DNA of 64,000 bases from Rhodobacterales bacterium. GTDB taxonomy: Bacteria > Pseudomonadota > Alphaproteobacteria > Rhodobacterales > Rhodobacteraceae. Location of the stretch: NCBI GenBank assembly GCA_002748265.1, contig PDRY01000014.1, positions 134,418 to 198,417 of the forward strand, given 5' to 3'. The notes under the pieces were generated by a model. It was not told the DNA's origin and did no database searches. It saw nothing but the letters and a program-made list of their open reading frames with translations. A program made the position numbers and the translations under genes. Shown here in pieces: positions 30,232-40,385 of this stretch; positions within the stretch are counted from its first letter, which is position 1, and each line of letters starts with the position of its first letter.

Positions 30232-31068
30232 ATGCTCCGCTTCACCCGCCCGCTGACTGCTGTCGCTCTGGCCCTTGGCGTTGCCACTTCGGCCCCGGCT
30301 CAATCGCTTGATACCGTGGTCGCCACCGTCGGAGAGACCGAGATCACCCTGGGTGAAATGCTGATCGCGCGGCTCCAGCTGCCGCAGCAATATCAGCAGA
30401 TTCCCGAAGACGCGCTGTATGAGGGCGTGCTCAACCAGTTGATCCAGCAGCAGGTTCTGGCGGACAGCCTGGACGCGTCGCCCAAGCGGCTTGAGCTGGC
30501 CATCGCGAACGAGACCCGCTCGCTGCGCGCGGGTGAGGCGGTCGAGGCAATCGGTGCCGCCGAGGCGACCGAAGACGCGATCCGTGCCGCCTATGAGGAA
30601 CAGTTCGGCACCCCCAGCGGCGAAATGGAGTATCGCGCGCGTCACATTCTCGTGGAGACCAAGGAAGAAGCCGAAGAGCTGGTCGCCCTGCTCGACGACG
30701 GTGCCGATTTCGCCGAGACCGCGAAAGAGCATTCGACCGGCCCGTCTGGCCCGTCCGGCGGTGATCTGGGCTGGTTCGGCGCGGGCATGATGGTGCCGGA
30801 ATTCGAAGAGGCCGTGATGGCGCTAGAGCCGGGCCACGTGTCGGACCCGGTGGAGACCCAATTCGGCTGGCACGTGATTCTTCTGGAGGAGAGCCGCGAG
30901 AAGCCCGCACCGACGCTCGAGGATGTGCGTCTGGAGATCGAGGGTGAGCTGGTGCGCAAAGCCGTCGAAGCCCGCATCGCGGAGCTGGAAGCGGGCGCCG
31001 AGATCACCCGCGTCGATGGCATCGACCCGGCTGGCATTTCTCAATTCGAACTGCTGGAGCAGGAATGA
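30232..31068 (+). CDS. Parvulin-type peptidyl-prolyl cis-trans isomerase (periplasmic, SurA/PpiC-like)
   Basis: It has a signal peptide (MLRFTRPLTAVALALGVATSAPAQS) and a PpiC domain (ARHILV...AKEHSTGPSGPSGGDLGWFGAGMMVPEFEEAV). The ATG at 30232 is preceded by AAGGAA 8 nt upstream. Confidence 0.8.
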   Translation: MLRFTRPLTAVALALGVATSAPAQSLDTVVATVGETEITLGEMLIARLQLPQQYQQIPEDALYEGVLNQLIQQQVLADSLDASPKRLELAIANETRSLRAGEAVEAIGAAEATEDAIRAAYEEQFGTPSGEMEYRARHILVETKEEAEELVALLDDGADFAETAKEHSTGPSGPSGGDLGWFGAGMMVPEFEEAVMALEPGHVSDPVETQFGWHVILLEESREKPAPTLEDVRLEIEGELVRKAVEARIAELEAGAEITRVDGIDPAGISQFELLEQE

Positions 31069-32279
31069 CCGTATCGCCTCTCGCTCCCGCGCAGTTTCCC
31101 GATCTGCCCCGCATCGACGGCGTGCGCTTTGCCGCCGCCGAGGCCGGGGTGCGCTACACGGGCCGGCTCGATGTGATGCTGGCCGTGCTCGATCCCGGCA
31201 GCACCGTGGCGGGGGTGTTCACCCGTTCCGCCACGCGCTCGTCCCCGGTTCGGGACTGCGAGGCCAAGATCCGTGGGCCGCAGGACGGTCCGGCGGCGAT
31301 CCTTGTGAATTCGGGCAACTCCAACGCTTTCACCGGCAAGGCCGGGGACGGATCGGTTGAGGCCATCGTCACGGCGGTGGCCAAAGCCACGGGCTGCGCG
31401 GCGGAGCGGGTTTTCACCGCCTCCACCGGGGTGATCGGGGAACGGCTCCCCGATGATCGGATCGTGGCGGTCACCGATGATCTGGCGGCCTCACTGGACC
31501 CGGACGCGGCAGAGCAGGCGGCCCGCGCGATCATGACCACCGACACCTTCCCCAAAGGCGCCTGCGCCGAGGTTGAGGTGAACGGCACCCCGGTCAAGAT
31601 CATGGGGATCGCGAAGGGCTCTGGCATGATCGCGCCAGATATGGCGACGATGCTGGTCTATATCTTCACCGATGCCGTGCTGCCGCGTGAGGCCGCGCAA
31701 GAGATGCTCGGGCGGCTCACCGACCGGACGTTCAACTGCATCACCGTGGATGGCGACACGTCCACGTCGGACACGCTTCTGTTCGGCGCGACTGGCGCGG
31801 CGGGCGTGGATGCCTCGGGCGATGCCGGGTTCGAAGCGGTGCTGCACGGCGTGATGCTCGATCTGGCGCAACAGGTCGTGCGCGACGGTGAGGGGGCGAG
31901 CAAGTTCCTGACCGTCTCCGTGACCGGCGCGGCGGATGATGCCGACGCCCGCAAGGTGGCCATGTCCATCGCTAACTCTCCGCTGGTGAAGACCGCGATT
32001 GCGGGCGAGGATCCCAACTGGGGCCGCGTGGTGATGGCCGTTGGCAAATCCGGAGCGCAGGCGGATCGGGATACGCTCACGATTCGGTTCGGAGACGTCA
32101 CCGTCGCCCGCGAGGGCTGGGCCGACCCGGACTACCGCGAAGAACAAGGCGCCGCGCTGATGAAACAGCCCGAAATCGACCTGAGCGTTGATCTGGGGCT
32201 GGGTCGCGGCACGGCAACCGTCTGGACCTGCGATCTGACCCACGACTACATTCGCATCAACGCGGATTACCGGTCGTGA
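31065..32279 (+). CDS. argJ: Bifunctional glutamate N-acetyltransferase / amino-acid acetyltransferase ArgJ
   Basis: It has ArgJ family sequence including the self-cleavage and active-site region ...MLVYIFTDA... and a length of 404 aa. Confidence 0.88.
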   Translation: MTVSPLAPAQFPDLPRIDGVRFAAAEAGVRYTGRLDVMLAVLDPGSTVAGVFTRSATRSSPVRDCEAKIRGPQDGPAAILVNSGNSNAFTGKAGDGSVEAIVTAVAKATGCAAERVFTASTGVIGERLPDDRIVAVTDDLAASLDPDAAEQAARAIMTTDTFPKGACAEVEVNGTPVKIMGIAKGSGMIAPDMATMLVYIFTDAVLPREAAQEMLGRLTDRTFNCITVDGDTSTSDTLLFGATGAAGVDASGDAGFEAVLHGVMLDLAQQVVRDGEGASKFLTVSVTGAADDADARKVAMSIANSPLVKTAIAGEDPNWGRVVMAVGKSGAQADRDTLTIRFGDVTVAREGWADPDYREEQGAALMKQPEIDLSVDLGLGRGTATVWTCDLTHDYIRINADYRS

Positions 32280-32674
32280 AGATCGTTCTAGTTTCGGCGG
32301 TCGCCCTGATCGACCCGGATGGCCGCGTGCTTTTGGCACAGCGGCCGGAAGGGAAGTCGATGGCGGGGCTGTGGGAATTCCCCGGCGGCAAGGTCGAGCC
32401 GGGGGAATCGCCCGAAGCGGCCTTGGTGCGCGAGCTGCACGAAGAGCTTGGCATTGAGACCTGGGGGAGTTGCCTGGCCCCGCTCACCTTCGCGAGCCAC
32501 AGCTACGACGATTTCCACCTTTTGATGCCGCTCTTTGTCTGCCGAAAATGGGAGGGAACGCCAGTAGGTAAGGAAAATCAACAGCTTGCCTGGGTGCGCG
32601 CAGCCGATCTGCGCAGCTATCCGATGCCGCCTGCGGATATTCCTCTGATCCCCATCCTGCGCGACTGGCTCTAG
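32276..32674 (+). CDS. mutT: 8-oxo-dGTP diphosphatase MutT (NUDIX)
   Basis: It has the NUDIX box GKVEPGESPEAALVRELHEELGI. The GTG start overlaps the argJ stop. It continues the conserved secA-ppiase-argJ-mutT arrangement. Confidence 0.85.
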   Translation: MKIVLVSAVALIDPDGRVLLAQRPEGKSMAGLWEFPGGKVEPGESPEAALVRELHEELGIETWGSCLAPLTFASHSYDDFHLLMPLFVCRKWEGTPVGKENQQLAWVRAADLRSYPMPPADIPLIPILRDWL

Positions 32675-32787
32675 CGACGATAAGCAGGAATGAGCCGGTT
32701 CCGGCCAAAAAGCTTGCGCTGTTTTCACGCCTCGCGTTAACCTTGCGTCAGCAATTCAACTCGCAGTTTCATTGGGGAGGTGCTGCC

Positions 32788-32949
32788 ATGTTGACGACGA
32801 TTTCGATCGGAACTTGCGTGACGGTTCAAGGCATTCTCGTGAAGATGCTCTCTGACGGACGATTGACCGTCAGAGTGGGTGATTCTGTCTACTGTGGGCG
32901 CCCCGTTCGGGAACCAGAGACGGTTGCGCCCGCATCGACACCGGCCTGA
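32788..32949 (+). CDS. Small hypothetical protein (53 aa) with a strong SD
   Basis: GGGGAGG lies 6-7 nt upstream of the ATG at 32788. The protein MLTTISIGTCVTVQGILVKMLSDGRLTVRVGDSVYCGRPV... looks like a small beta-rich domain. It is not assignable to a named family from sequence alone. Confidence 0.4.
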   Translation: MLTTISIGTCVTVQGILVKMLSDGRLTVRVGDSVYCGRPVREPETVAPASTPA

Positions 32950-32967
32950 GCTCTGCCGGAGCCATAC

Positions 32968-34467
32968 TTACCCGTCGAACTGAGCCTTGAACCTGTCGCG
33001 CAGCGCGGCTTTTTGCACTTTTCCCATCGTATTGCGGGGCAGGGATTCGACGGTCTCAAGGTGCTTGGGTCGCTTAAAGGCGGCAAGCTGGTCCTTCAGG
33101 GCCTCTGACAGTGTCCCGTGATCCGGCGTCACCCCCGCCTCGGGCACGATAACTGCCACCACGCCCTCTCCGAAATCGGGATGCGGCACGCCGATCACGG
33201 CGCTCTCCAGAACGCCGGGCTGTGCGTCCAGAACGTCTTCGACTTCTTTCGGATAGACGTTGAACCCGCCGGAAATGATCAGGTCCTTGCCGCGCCCGAC
33301 GATGGTGACGTAGCCGTCCGGCGCCTGCACGGCCAGATCGCCGGTGATGAAGAACCCGTCCGCGCGCAGCTCTGCAGCCGTCTTTTCGGGCATCTGCCAA
33401 TAGCCCTTGAACACGTTCGGCCCGCGGACCTCGAGCGTCCCGATCTCTCCGCGCGGCAGCTCTTGTCCCTCCGCGTCGCAGACCTTCAGCTCCACATCGG
33501 GGAGCGGAAGGCCCACGGTCCCGGCGCGGCGGTCTCCGTCATAGGGGTTGGACGTGTTCATGTTCGTCTCGGTCATGCCGTAGCGCTCCAGGATGCGGTG
33601 ACCGGTGCGCGATTCGAACTGCCGGTGCGTTTCGGCCAGAAGCGGGGCAGAGCCCGACACGAACAGCCGCATATTGGCGCAGGTGTTGGCCGTGAAATGC
33701 GGATCGTCCAGCAGGCGGGTGTAGAAGGTCGGCACGCCCATCATCGCCGTGGCGCGGGGCAGATGGCGCAGCACCTCTTGCGTGTCGAATTTCGGCAGCA
33801 GGATCATCGCGCCCCCGGCCTGAAGCGTGACATTGGTGGCCACGAACAGCCCGTGGGTGTGATAGATCGGTAGCGCGTGCAGCAGCACGTCTTCCGCCGA
33901 GAAGCGCCACAGATCGGCCAGGGTCTGCGAGTTGGACAGCAGATTGCCCTGGGTCAGCATCGCGCCCTTGCTGCGCCCCGTGGTGCCCGAGGTGTAGAGG
34001 AACGCGGCCAGATCGTCCGCGCTGCGCTCCACAGTGTCGAACTGCGTCGGCTGGGCCTTCGCCAGATCGGCCAGAGTGCCATCCCGCGCGGTGCCGAGGG
34101 TCTCTACACGCGGGGCAAGCGCGGCGAGCGTCTCGTGGTCCTTAGGATCGCAGACAAACAGCCGGGCGCCGCTGTCTTCGACGAAATAGCGCAGTTCTGT
34201 CGCCGTGTAGGCGGTGTTGAGCGGCAGAAAGATCGCGCCGGTCTGCACGCAGGCGGCGTAAAGCGCGAGGTTGTCCGCGCTCTTCCCGATCTGAACGGCC
34301 ACGCGGTCGCCCGTTTCAACGCCGCAGGCGGTCAGGGCGTGGGCGAATTGCGCCGCGCGTCCCAGAAAATCGCTGTGGGTGAGGGTGGTGCCGTCGGGCA
34401 AATGCAGGAACGGCGTGGTCTGGCCTGCGTGCTTGCCGAAGAAGGCGTCAAAGAGCGGGTTGGGCAT
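32968..34467 (-). CDS. Malonyl-CoA synthetase-like AMP-dependent ligase (MatB family)
   Basis: It has a MatB-like N-terminus (MPNPLFDAFF...). The AMP-binding motifs are LYTSGTTGRSKGA, YGMTE and GDLAVQAPDGYVTIVGRGKDLIISGGFNVYP. The start at 34467 was chosen. Confidence 0.8.
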   Translation of the reverse strand: MPNPLFDAFFGKHAGQTTPFLHLPDGTTLTHSDFLGRAAQFAHALTACGVETGDRVAVQIGKSADNLALYAACVQTGAIFLPLNTAYTATELRYFVEDSGARLFVCDPKDHETLAALAPRVETLGTARDGTLADLAKAQPTQFDTVERSADDLAAFLYTSGTTGRSKGAMLTQGNLLSNSQTLADLWRFSAEDVLLHALPIYHTHGLFVATNVTLQAGGAMILLPKFDTQEVLRHLPRATAMMGVPTFYTRLLDDPHFTANTCANMRLFVSGSAPLLAETHRQFESRTGHRILERYGMTETNMNTSNPYDGDRRAGTVGLPLPDVELKVCDAEGQELPRGEIGTLEVRGPNVFKGYWQMPEKTAAELRADGFFITGDLAVQAPDGYVTIVGRGKDLIISGGFNVYPKEVEDVLDAQPGVLESAVIGVPHPDFGEGVVAVIVPEAGVTPDHGTLSEALKDQLAAFKRPKHLETVESLPRNTMGKVQKAALRDRFKAQFDG

Positions 34468-34589
34468 GGAAGACTCCGCGTTGAACTTGCGGGATTCTTC
34501 CCAGTTTCTGAATGAGGGTTCAAGCTGGCTGTCCGAGTCGCTTTGCGGCTCGGACACGCGCCCGCCCGGGCAGGCGCGTGTCCTGCTGT

Positions 34590-36560
34590 TTACCCCCGGT
34601 TCATCCGGTTCTCGATCAGGTCATCCACCACTTCCGGCTCTGCCAGCGTGGAGGTGTCGCCCAAGGCGCCGTAATCGTTTTCCGCGATCTTGCGCAGGAT
34701 ACGGCGCATGATCTTGCCGGAGCGGGTCTTGGGCAGGCCCGGAGCCCACTGGATCAGGTCAGGCTTGGCGATCGGGCCGATCTCCGTGCGCACCCAGGTC
34801 TCCAGTTCTTTGCGCAGCTCGTCCGACGGCTCGATCCCGTTCATCAAAGTGACGTAGCAATAGATGCCCTGACCCTTCAGGTCATGCGGATAGCCGACGA
34901 CAGCGGCTTCGGCGACCTTGGCATGGGCGACGAGAGCCGATTCGACCTCTGCCGTACCCATCCGGTGACCGCTGACGTTGATCACGTCATCCACGCGGCC
35001 CGTGATCCAGTAATAGCCGTCTTCATCCCGGCGACAGCCATCGCCCGAGAAGTAGTAGCCCTTGTATTGCTGGAAATAGGTCTCTTGAAAGCGGTCGTGA
35101 TCGCCCCAGACGGTGCGCATCTGGCCCGGCCAGCTATCTGCGATGCACAGAACACCTTCCACGCCATTGCCTTCGATCACCTTGCCCGATGTCGCGTCCA
35201 GCACCACCGGCTGCACGCCAAAGAACGGGGTCGTCGCTGATCCCGGTTTGGTCGGGGTCGCGCCTGGCAGCGGGGTCAGCATGTGGCCGCCGGTTTCGGT
35301 TTGCCACCAGGTGTCCACAATGGGCACGGAGCCCTTGCCGACCACCTCATTATACCAGTTCCAGGCCTCGGGGTTGATCGGCTCGCCCACGGTGCCCAGC
35401 ACTTTGATGGAGCTGAGATCGTATTTCTCGACCCACTCGTTGCCTTGGCCCATCAGCGCGCGGATCGCGGTGGGGGCGGTGTAGAATTGGTTGACGTTGT
35501 GCTTCTCGCAGACGGCCCAGAACCGGCCCGCATCGGGATAAGTCGGAACCCCTTCGAACATCAGCGTGGTGGCGCCGTTCGCCAGCGGGCCGTAGACGAT
35601 GTAGCTGTGGCCAGTGACCCAGCCGACATCGGCGGTGCACCAGAAGATATCGCCATCCTTGTAGTCAAAGACCAGCTCATGGGTCATCGCTGCCCAGGCC
35701 AGATACCCGCCAGAGCTGTGCACCACACCCTTGGGCTTCCCGGTGGAGCCGGAGGTGTAGAGGATAAAGAGCGGGTCTTCGGCATTCATCGGGCGCGCGG
35801 GGCAGGTCGGGGCGACCTTGTCCATCAGGTCCAGAACATCGACATCGCGGTCCTGGATCCAGGTCGTCTGGTCGCCGGTGTGCTTCACGACAAGGCAGCG
35901 CACCTTGTCCGAACAGTGCAGCAGCGCGGCGTCCGTGTTGGACTTCAGAGCGGTGACCCGGCCTCCGCGCGGGGCGGTGTCGGCGGTGATGACGATCTTC
36001 GCGTCACAATCGTTGATCCGGTTGCCCAGAGCATCCGGCGAAAAGCCCGCGAACACGACTGAATGGATTGCGCCGATCCGCGCACAGGCGAGCATCGCAT
36101 AGGCTGCTTCGGGGATCATCGGCAGGTAGATCACCACCCGGTCCCCGCGCATCACGCCCTGCGACAGAAGCACATTGGCCATGCGGCAGACCTTTTCGTG
36201 CAGCTCCTTGTAGGTGATGTGCTGGGCTTCGGCGTTGGGATCGTCGGGCTCAAAGATGATCGCGGTTTGCAGCGCGCGGTCCTGCAGGTGCCGGTCGATG
36301 CAGTTTTCGGAGACGTTGAGGATCCCGTCCTCGAACCATTTGATGCTGACACGGCCAAAGTTGAAGTTGGTGTTCTTCACCCTGGTGTAGCGCTCCATCC
36401 AGTGCAGGCGCTTGCCTTGCTCCGCCCAAAAGCTCACCGGGTCGTTGATGCTTTCGGCGTACATCTCTTTGTAGCGCGCGGCATCAACATGGGCATTGGC
36501 TGCAAAATCCATCGAGGGCGCGGTGATCTTCACCTCGCCCGCACTGTCCTGAGTGCTCAT
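34590..36560 (-). CDS. acs: Acetyl-CoA synthetase
   Basis: The Acs hallmark regions are [28 protein letters not shown] and [26 protein letters not shown], with a length of ~656 aa. The start at MSTQDSAGE was chosen. Confidence 0.92.
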   Translation of the reverse strand: MSTQDSAGEVKITAPSMDFAANAHVDAARYKEMYAESINDPVSFWAEQGKRLHWMERYTRVKNTNFNFGRVSIKWFEDGILNVSENCIDRHLQDRALQTAIIFEPDDPNAEAQHITYKELHEKVCRMANVLLSQGVMRGDRVVIYLPMIPEAAYAMLACARIGAIHSVVFAGFSPDALGNRINDCDAKIVITADTAPRGGRVTALKSNTDAALLHCSDKVRCLVVKHTGDQTTWIQDRDVDVLDLMDKVAPTCPARPMNAEDPLFILYTSGSTGKPKGVVHSSGGYLAWAAMTHELVFDYKDGDIFWCTADVGWVTGHSYIVYGPLANGATTLMFEGVPTYPDAGRFWAVCEKHNVNQFYTAPTAIRALMGQGNEWVEKYDLSSIKVLGTVGEPINPEAWNWYNEVVGKGSVPIVDTWWQTETGGHMLTPLPGATPTKPGSATTPFFGVQPVVLDATSGKVIEGNGVEGVLCIADSWPGQMRTVWGDHDRFQETYFQQYKGYYFSGDGCRRDEDGYYWITGRVDDVINVSGHRMGTAEVESALVAHAKVAEAAVVGYPHDLKGQGIYCYVTLMNGIEPSDELRKELETWVRTEIGPIAKPDLIQWAPGLPKTRSGKIMRRILRKIAENDYGALGDTSTLAEPEVVDDLIENRMNRG

Positions 36561-36794
36561 CACTATCCTCCCTGGCACGCGGATGATCCGCATATGCAAA
36601 CAGGCGCCTCCCCGCGCCTGACCGTATGTTTATCACGGCAAAAGGATATGTCGCGGGAGCGTGGCTCCGCGAAAGACTCTTCTGTGAAAAACTTATCAGT
36701 GCGCCGCAGCATTCAGTAAACCAGTTTACCGCCCTTGCCGCCCGCCGTCTCTCGGGGCAGCGTGCGCCGAAACACGGGAAAGGACGGGCTGCAA

Positions 36795-37627
36795 TGGACA
36801 GCGCAATGATGATTCAGCTTCTGGCGGTGGCGCTTGGGGCCGGGGCGGCGGGCGGCATTCTGGCCGGGCTGATGGGCGTGGGCGGCGGCATCGTGATCGT
36901 GCCTGCGCTTTACTTTGCGCTTGGTCTCACGGGGATGGAGCCGGGCCTCACCATGCAGCTGGCCGTCGGTACGTCCTTGGCGACCATCGTCTTTACCGCG
37001 CTGTCCTCCGCCAGCGGGCACTATCGGCGCGGCGCGATCGACATGGCGCTTCTGCGTCGCTGGGCGCCTTGGATCCTGATCGGTGTCGTGCTGGGCAGCC
37101 TTGCGGGCGGGATCGTTTCCGGGGTCGTGCTGATGGCGGTGTTTACCGTCGTGGCCCTGTTGGTCGGGCTGGACATGGTTCTGCGCCGCCCCTCTGAAAC
37201 CAGCACACCGCGCGATTTCGCGCCGCCAGTCTGGGCGGGGCTTGGCATGGGGGCTGGGGCCATCTCGGCCATGATGGGAATCGGAGGCGGCACGGTTTGT
37301 GTGCCGGTCCTGTCCTTTCTCGGCTACGACATTCGCCGCGCCGTGGGCACATCTGCGGCAATCGGGTTCCTGATCGGGCTGCCGGGCGCGGTGGTCTATG
37401 CCGCGACAGGTTTTGGTGTCGAGGGGCTGCCGCCCTTTTCGCTGGGCTTCGTGAACCTGCTGGCGGCGGCGGTCATCATTCCGATGACGACGCTGTTTGC
37501 CCGTGTCGGTGTGCGGATCGCCCACGCGATCCCGCGCTCTGCGCTGCGCCGGGCCTTTGGGCTGTTCCTGCTGCTGACGGCGGTTCGGATGGGCCGGGAT
37601 CTTTTGGGGATTCTGGCGCAGGCGTAG
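36795..37627 (+). CDS. TauE/SafE (DUF81) family sulfite/anion exporter
   Basis: It has the duplicated 4-TM modules with VGGG/IGGG motifs (GLMGVGGGIVIVPAL; MMGIGGGTVCVPVL). The start at MDSAMM was chosen. Confidence 0.8.
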
Positions 37628-37647
37628 CGGTCCGGGGGCTTGCTCGC

Positions 37648-38013
37648 CTAGCTCTCGCCCTTGGGCTCTTTGTGCTCTTCGGGCAGATCCGGTAGCGCCG
37701 CGCCGGTCGAGGCCAGCAGGTCATGCATGTAGATCAGCCCGCCATGGGGCTGGCCCACGCCCGCTTCGTGATAGACATGGGTGAAGATCTCATCCGCCTG
37801 CGCGGCGGGCACGGCAAAGCTGACGATCACCCGTTCCGAGGTTTCCCCCGCACCGCGGTTTTTGAGAGGCGTCATCCGCCCGACCCCGCGCGCAAAGTTC
37901 ATGTCGATCTCGGTGATGCCTTTCTCGCGGGCCAGGTGTTTGACCAAGGGCAGGCCGCGATCCTTGGGCAGGATGCAGGTGATGACCTTTTCGGATCTCA
38001 GGCGCGGATCCAT
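37648..38013 (-). CDS. PII-like (GlnB-superfamily fold) protein A, 121 aa
   Basis: A beta-alpha-beta-beta-alpha-beta pattern with a T-loop-like insertion is present (KVITCILPKDRG..LVKHLAREKGITEIDMNFARGVGRMTPLKNRGAGETSERVIVSFAVPAAQADEIFTHV). It is the last gene of a three-gene minus-strand operon. Confidence 0.6.
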   Translation of the reverse strand: MDPRLRSEKVITCILPKDRGLPLVKHLAREKGITEIDMNFARGVGRMTPLKNRGAGETSERVIVSFAVPAAQADEIFTHVYHEAGVGQPHGGLIYMHDLLASTGAALPDLPEEHKEPKGES

Positions 38014-38016
38014 GGC

Positions 38017-38475
38017 TTAGTCCTGTTTCGGGCTGTGGCGGATGCCGTGGTCGTCCTGATAGTCCTCCAGCGAGGGCAGATGCGGCGCCTCGCGATCATC
38101 GCCGCGCAGCTCTCCGCGCGCTTCCAGGCGGCGCAGGATCTCGGCGGGGACATAGGTTCCGGCCTTCTCCAGAGGGGTCACCCACATGAACCCCATCCCC
38201 GGCGTGTCGAGGTTCCCGGCCAGATACATCGCCTCAAAGATCCGGTCGAGCTGATCGGAGGACACGACAAGGTTGATGATCTCTTTCTCCGCCTCGATGG
38301 CCAGGCCCCAAACGCCAAGCCGCTCGCGCACCCCGCGCCCATAGGCGTAGTGGATCGACGCGCCTTGGGCTCCGGCCTCTTGCGCGGCTTTCACCATGCG
38401 GTCGGCATTGCCGGAGGGGACAGAGGCGGTGATCAGGGACACGTCTGTCAGAACGACGATCTCGCGGGTGCTCAT
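38017..38475 (-). CDS. PII-like (GlnB-superfamily fold) protein B, 152 aa
   Basis: A double beta-alpha-beta pattern is present (VSLITASVPSGNADRMVKAAQEAGAQGASIHYAYGRG...EKEIINLVVSSDQLDRIFEAMYLAG). It is translationally coupled to the upstream membrane gene (start overlaps stop). Confidence 0.6.
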   Translation of the reverse strand: MSTREIVVLTDVSLITASVPSGNADRMVKAAQEAGAQGASIHYAYGRGVRERLGVWGLAIEAEKEIINLVVSSDQLDRIFEAMYLAGNLDTPGMGFMWVTPLEKAGTYVPAEILRRLEARGELRGDDREAPHLPSLEDYQDDHGIRHSPKQD

Positions 38476-40250
38476 GCGGTGGCCTCCTTCGCGGCTGCGA
38501 CAGCTTCGTCAATGCGCCGCCGTTTGCGGTTCAGTTTCCAGCGGACCCAGAGCCCGGTCAACAGCACCGACAGGATCGGGCAGATAGACGCCATGGCGAG
38601 AATGCCAAAGCCTTCGACCGCTTCCATCGCGCCGCCAAAGCCCAGCCCCATGGCCAGGACCAGTGGCACGGTGATCGGCCCGGTGGTCACGCCTGCGCTG
38701 TCCCAGGCGATGTTGACGAATTCCTCGGTCGACAGCGCCGTGATGATCAGCGCCACAAGGTAAAGCGGCCCCAAAAGCAGCGCGATGGAGAACCCGAAGA
38801 TGATCTTCACCACGCCCAGAGCGATGCCGAAGCCCACCCCGATGGAGACGGCATACATCAGCATCGGCTTGCGGAATGCACCGTTGGTCAGGGTCTGAAC
38901 CGTGGTGCCCAGAGCGTTGAGCGCCGGCTCCGCCAGCGTGGCGCCAAAGCCCAGAACCCAGGCAAAGCCCAGCGAAATCCAAAGCCCGGCGCGCGGTCCG
39001 AACAGTGGATCGCCCTCGACCCCGTCGATATCCGTGAACGCCGCAGGGACGAGCCCGCCGGACTGACCGCCCAGCTTGGACAGGCCGTAGGTCAGGCCCA
39101 GATTGAAGACGATCATCCCGATGACCGACAGCACGATGCCGTAAGTGACGGCTCCGGGCCGCGGAAGGCGCGAGCGCAGGACCACGATCAGCACCAGAAA
39201 CAGGAACAGGATCAGCGGCACGATGGCGCGCACGCCGCCGATGATTTCGAGCCATGGGGTTTGCATATGCCAGGCCGGGATGGCTTCCGCGTGCAGCGTT
39301 TCCTGCGCGACCGAGGCGGCAATGATCTCTGTCGGTGTGGTGGACAGGGAGACGACCACCGAAAGCAGCAGCACCCCGATGATCGGGAACAGCGAGGCCA
39401 GCGTGACGATCCCGAAGCCGGAGAGGGAGTTCTGCCCTTTCCCCGCCGCGCCCGCGATGCCGATGCCCAGGGACAGCACCAGCGGGACGGTGACCGGCCC
39501 CGTTGTGACCGCGCCGCAATCCCACGCCAGCCCGAGGATCGGGCGCAGGGCCGGATCGGCATAGACATAAGCGGTCAGCGCCAGCGTCGGTATCAGCGTG
39601 GCATAGATCAGCAGCTTGAGGCTCCAGCCATAAAGAAACCGCATCGTGCCCAGAACGGCGGCGGCGCCGACACCTACCCCGACACAGAGCACCATGACCC
39701 CGGACCAATCGTTCAGCAGCGCATAGAGATAGGGCGCATCCCGCACACTCACGAGCCCGCCCGCGATCTTGAGCGCCCCGATGGCCGGTTCGGCAAAGGT
39801 GACCCCGATGCCCAGCATGAAGGCGATCAACAGCACCACGGCGAGCGCGGCCTTGGCCGGAAGGGTCGATCCGATGATCTCTCCGAACGGCATGAGCCCG
39901 ACCTTGAGCCCTTCCATGAAGAGCATGAGCCCCACGATCACCGCCATCAGCCCGGCAAGGATCACACCGGTCTCCTGGATCGGCTGTCGCAGGATCAGGT
40001 ACTGGAACATGATCAGGTAAAGCGCGAGCGGCAGCACGGCGCGAAGCTGTTCGCGAAAGCGCACGTCCAGATAGGGCCGCACGATGCTCAGGACTTCGCG
40101 CCCCTCCAGCCGCATCTTGGGCGCGACGTAGGGCAAATCATTCCCGGCGCCATCGGTCGCGGGTTTCGGGGTCAGGATATTGTAGGACAGCTCTCGCTGC
40201 TGGACTGCCGCCTCGCGGGAAAAGGCGGCAAATCTGACCTCGGTCGGCAT
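38472..40250 (-). CDS. Tandem-duplicated DUF1538-type integral membrane protein (putative transporter)
   Basis: It is 592 aa with about 14-16 TM segments. There is a clear internal duplication with a conserved re-entrant-like motif in each half (AWDCGAVTTGPVTVPLVLSLGIGIA and AWDSAGVTTGPITVPLVLAMGLGFG). Confidence 0.65.
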   Translation of the reverse strand: MPTEVRFAAFSREAAVQQRELSYNILTPKPATDGAGNDLPYVAPKMRLEGREVLSIVRPYLDVRFREQLRAVLPLALYLIMFQYLILRQPIQETGVILAGLMAVIVGLMLFMEGLKVGLMPFGEIIGSTLPAKAALAVVLLIAFMLGIGVTFAEPAIGALKIAGGLVSVRDAPYLYALLNDWSGVMVLCVGVGVGAAAVLGTMRFLYGWSLKLLIYATLIPTLALTAYVYADPALRPILGLAWDCGAVTTGPVTVPLVLSLGIGIAGAAGKGQNSLSGFGIVTLASLFPIIGVLLLSVVVSLSTTPTEIIAASVAQETLHAEAIPAWHMQTPWLEIIGGVRAIVPLILFLFLVLIVVLRSRLPRPGAVTYGIVLSVIGMIVFNLGLTYGLSKLGGQSGGLVPAAFTDIDGVEGDPLFGPRAGLWISLGFAWVLGFGATLAEPALNALGTTVQTLTNGAFRKPMLMYAVSIGVGFGIALGVVKIIFGFSIALLLGPLYLVALIITALSTEEFVNIAWDSAGVTTGPITVPLVLAMGLGFGGAMEAVEGFGILAMASICPILSVLLTGLWVRWKLNRKRRRIDEAVAAAKEATA

Positions 40251-40385
40251 CGGGGGCTCCTCTTTGGGGCGACTATAGACCGGCGGTTGGCACAGGAAAA
40301 TGACGAAGCGGGGGCGCGGATGGCGAGGTTGGACGTTTCACCCTCCGCGATCACCGCACTGGATTTGACCGAAAAATGCGCCAAG

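Noticed and set aside
32688-32712. A hairpin gccggttccggc after mutT, as a possible terminator.
   Set aside because: It is followed by caaaaagc rather than a T-run on the coding strand, so it is not a convincing intrinsic terminator.
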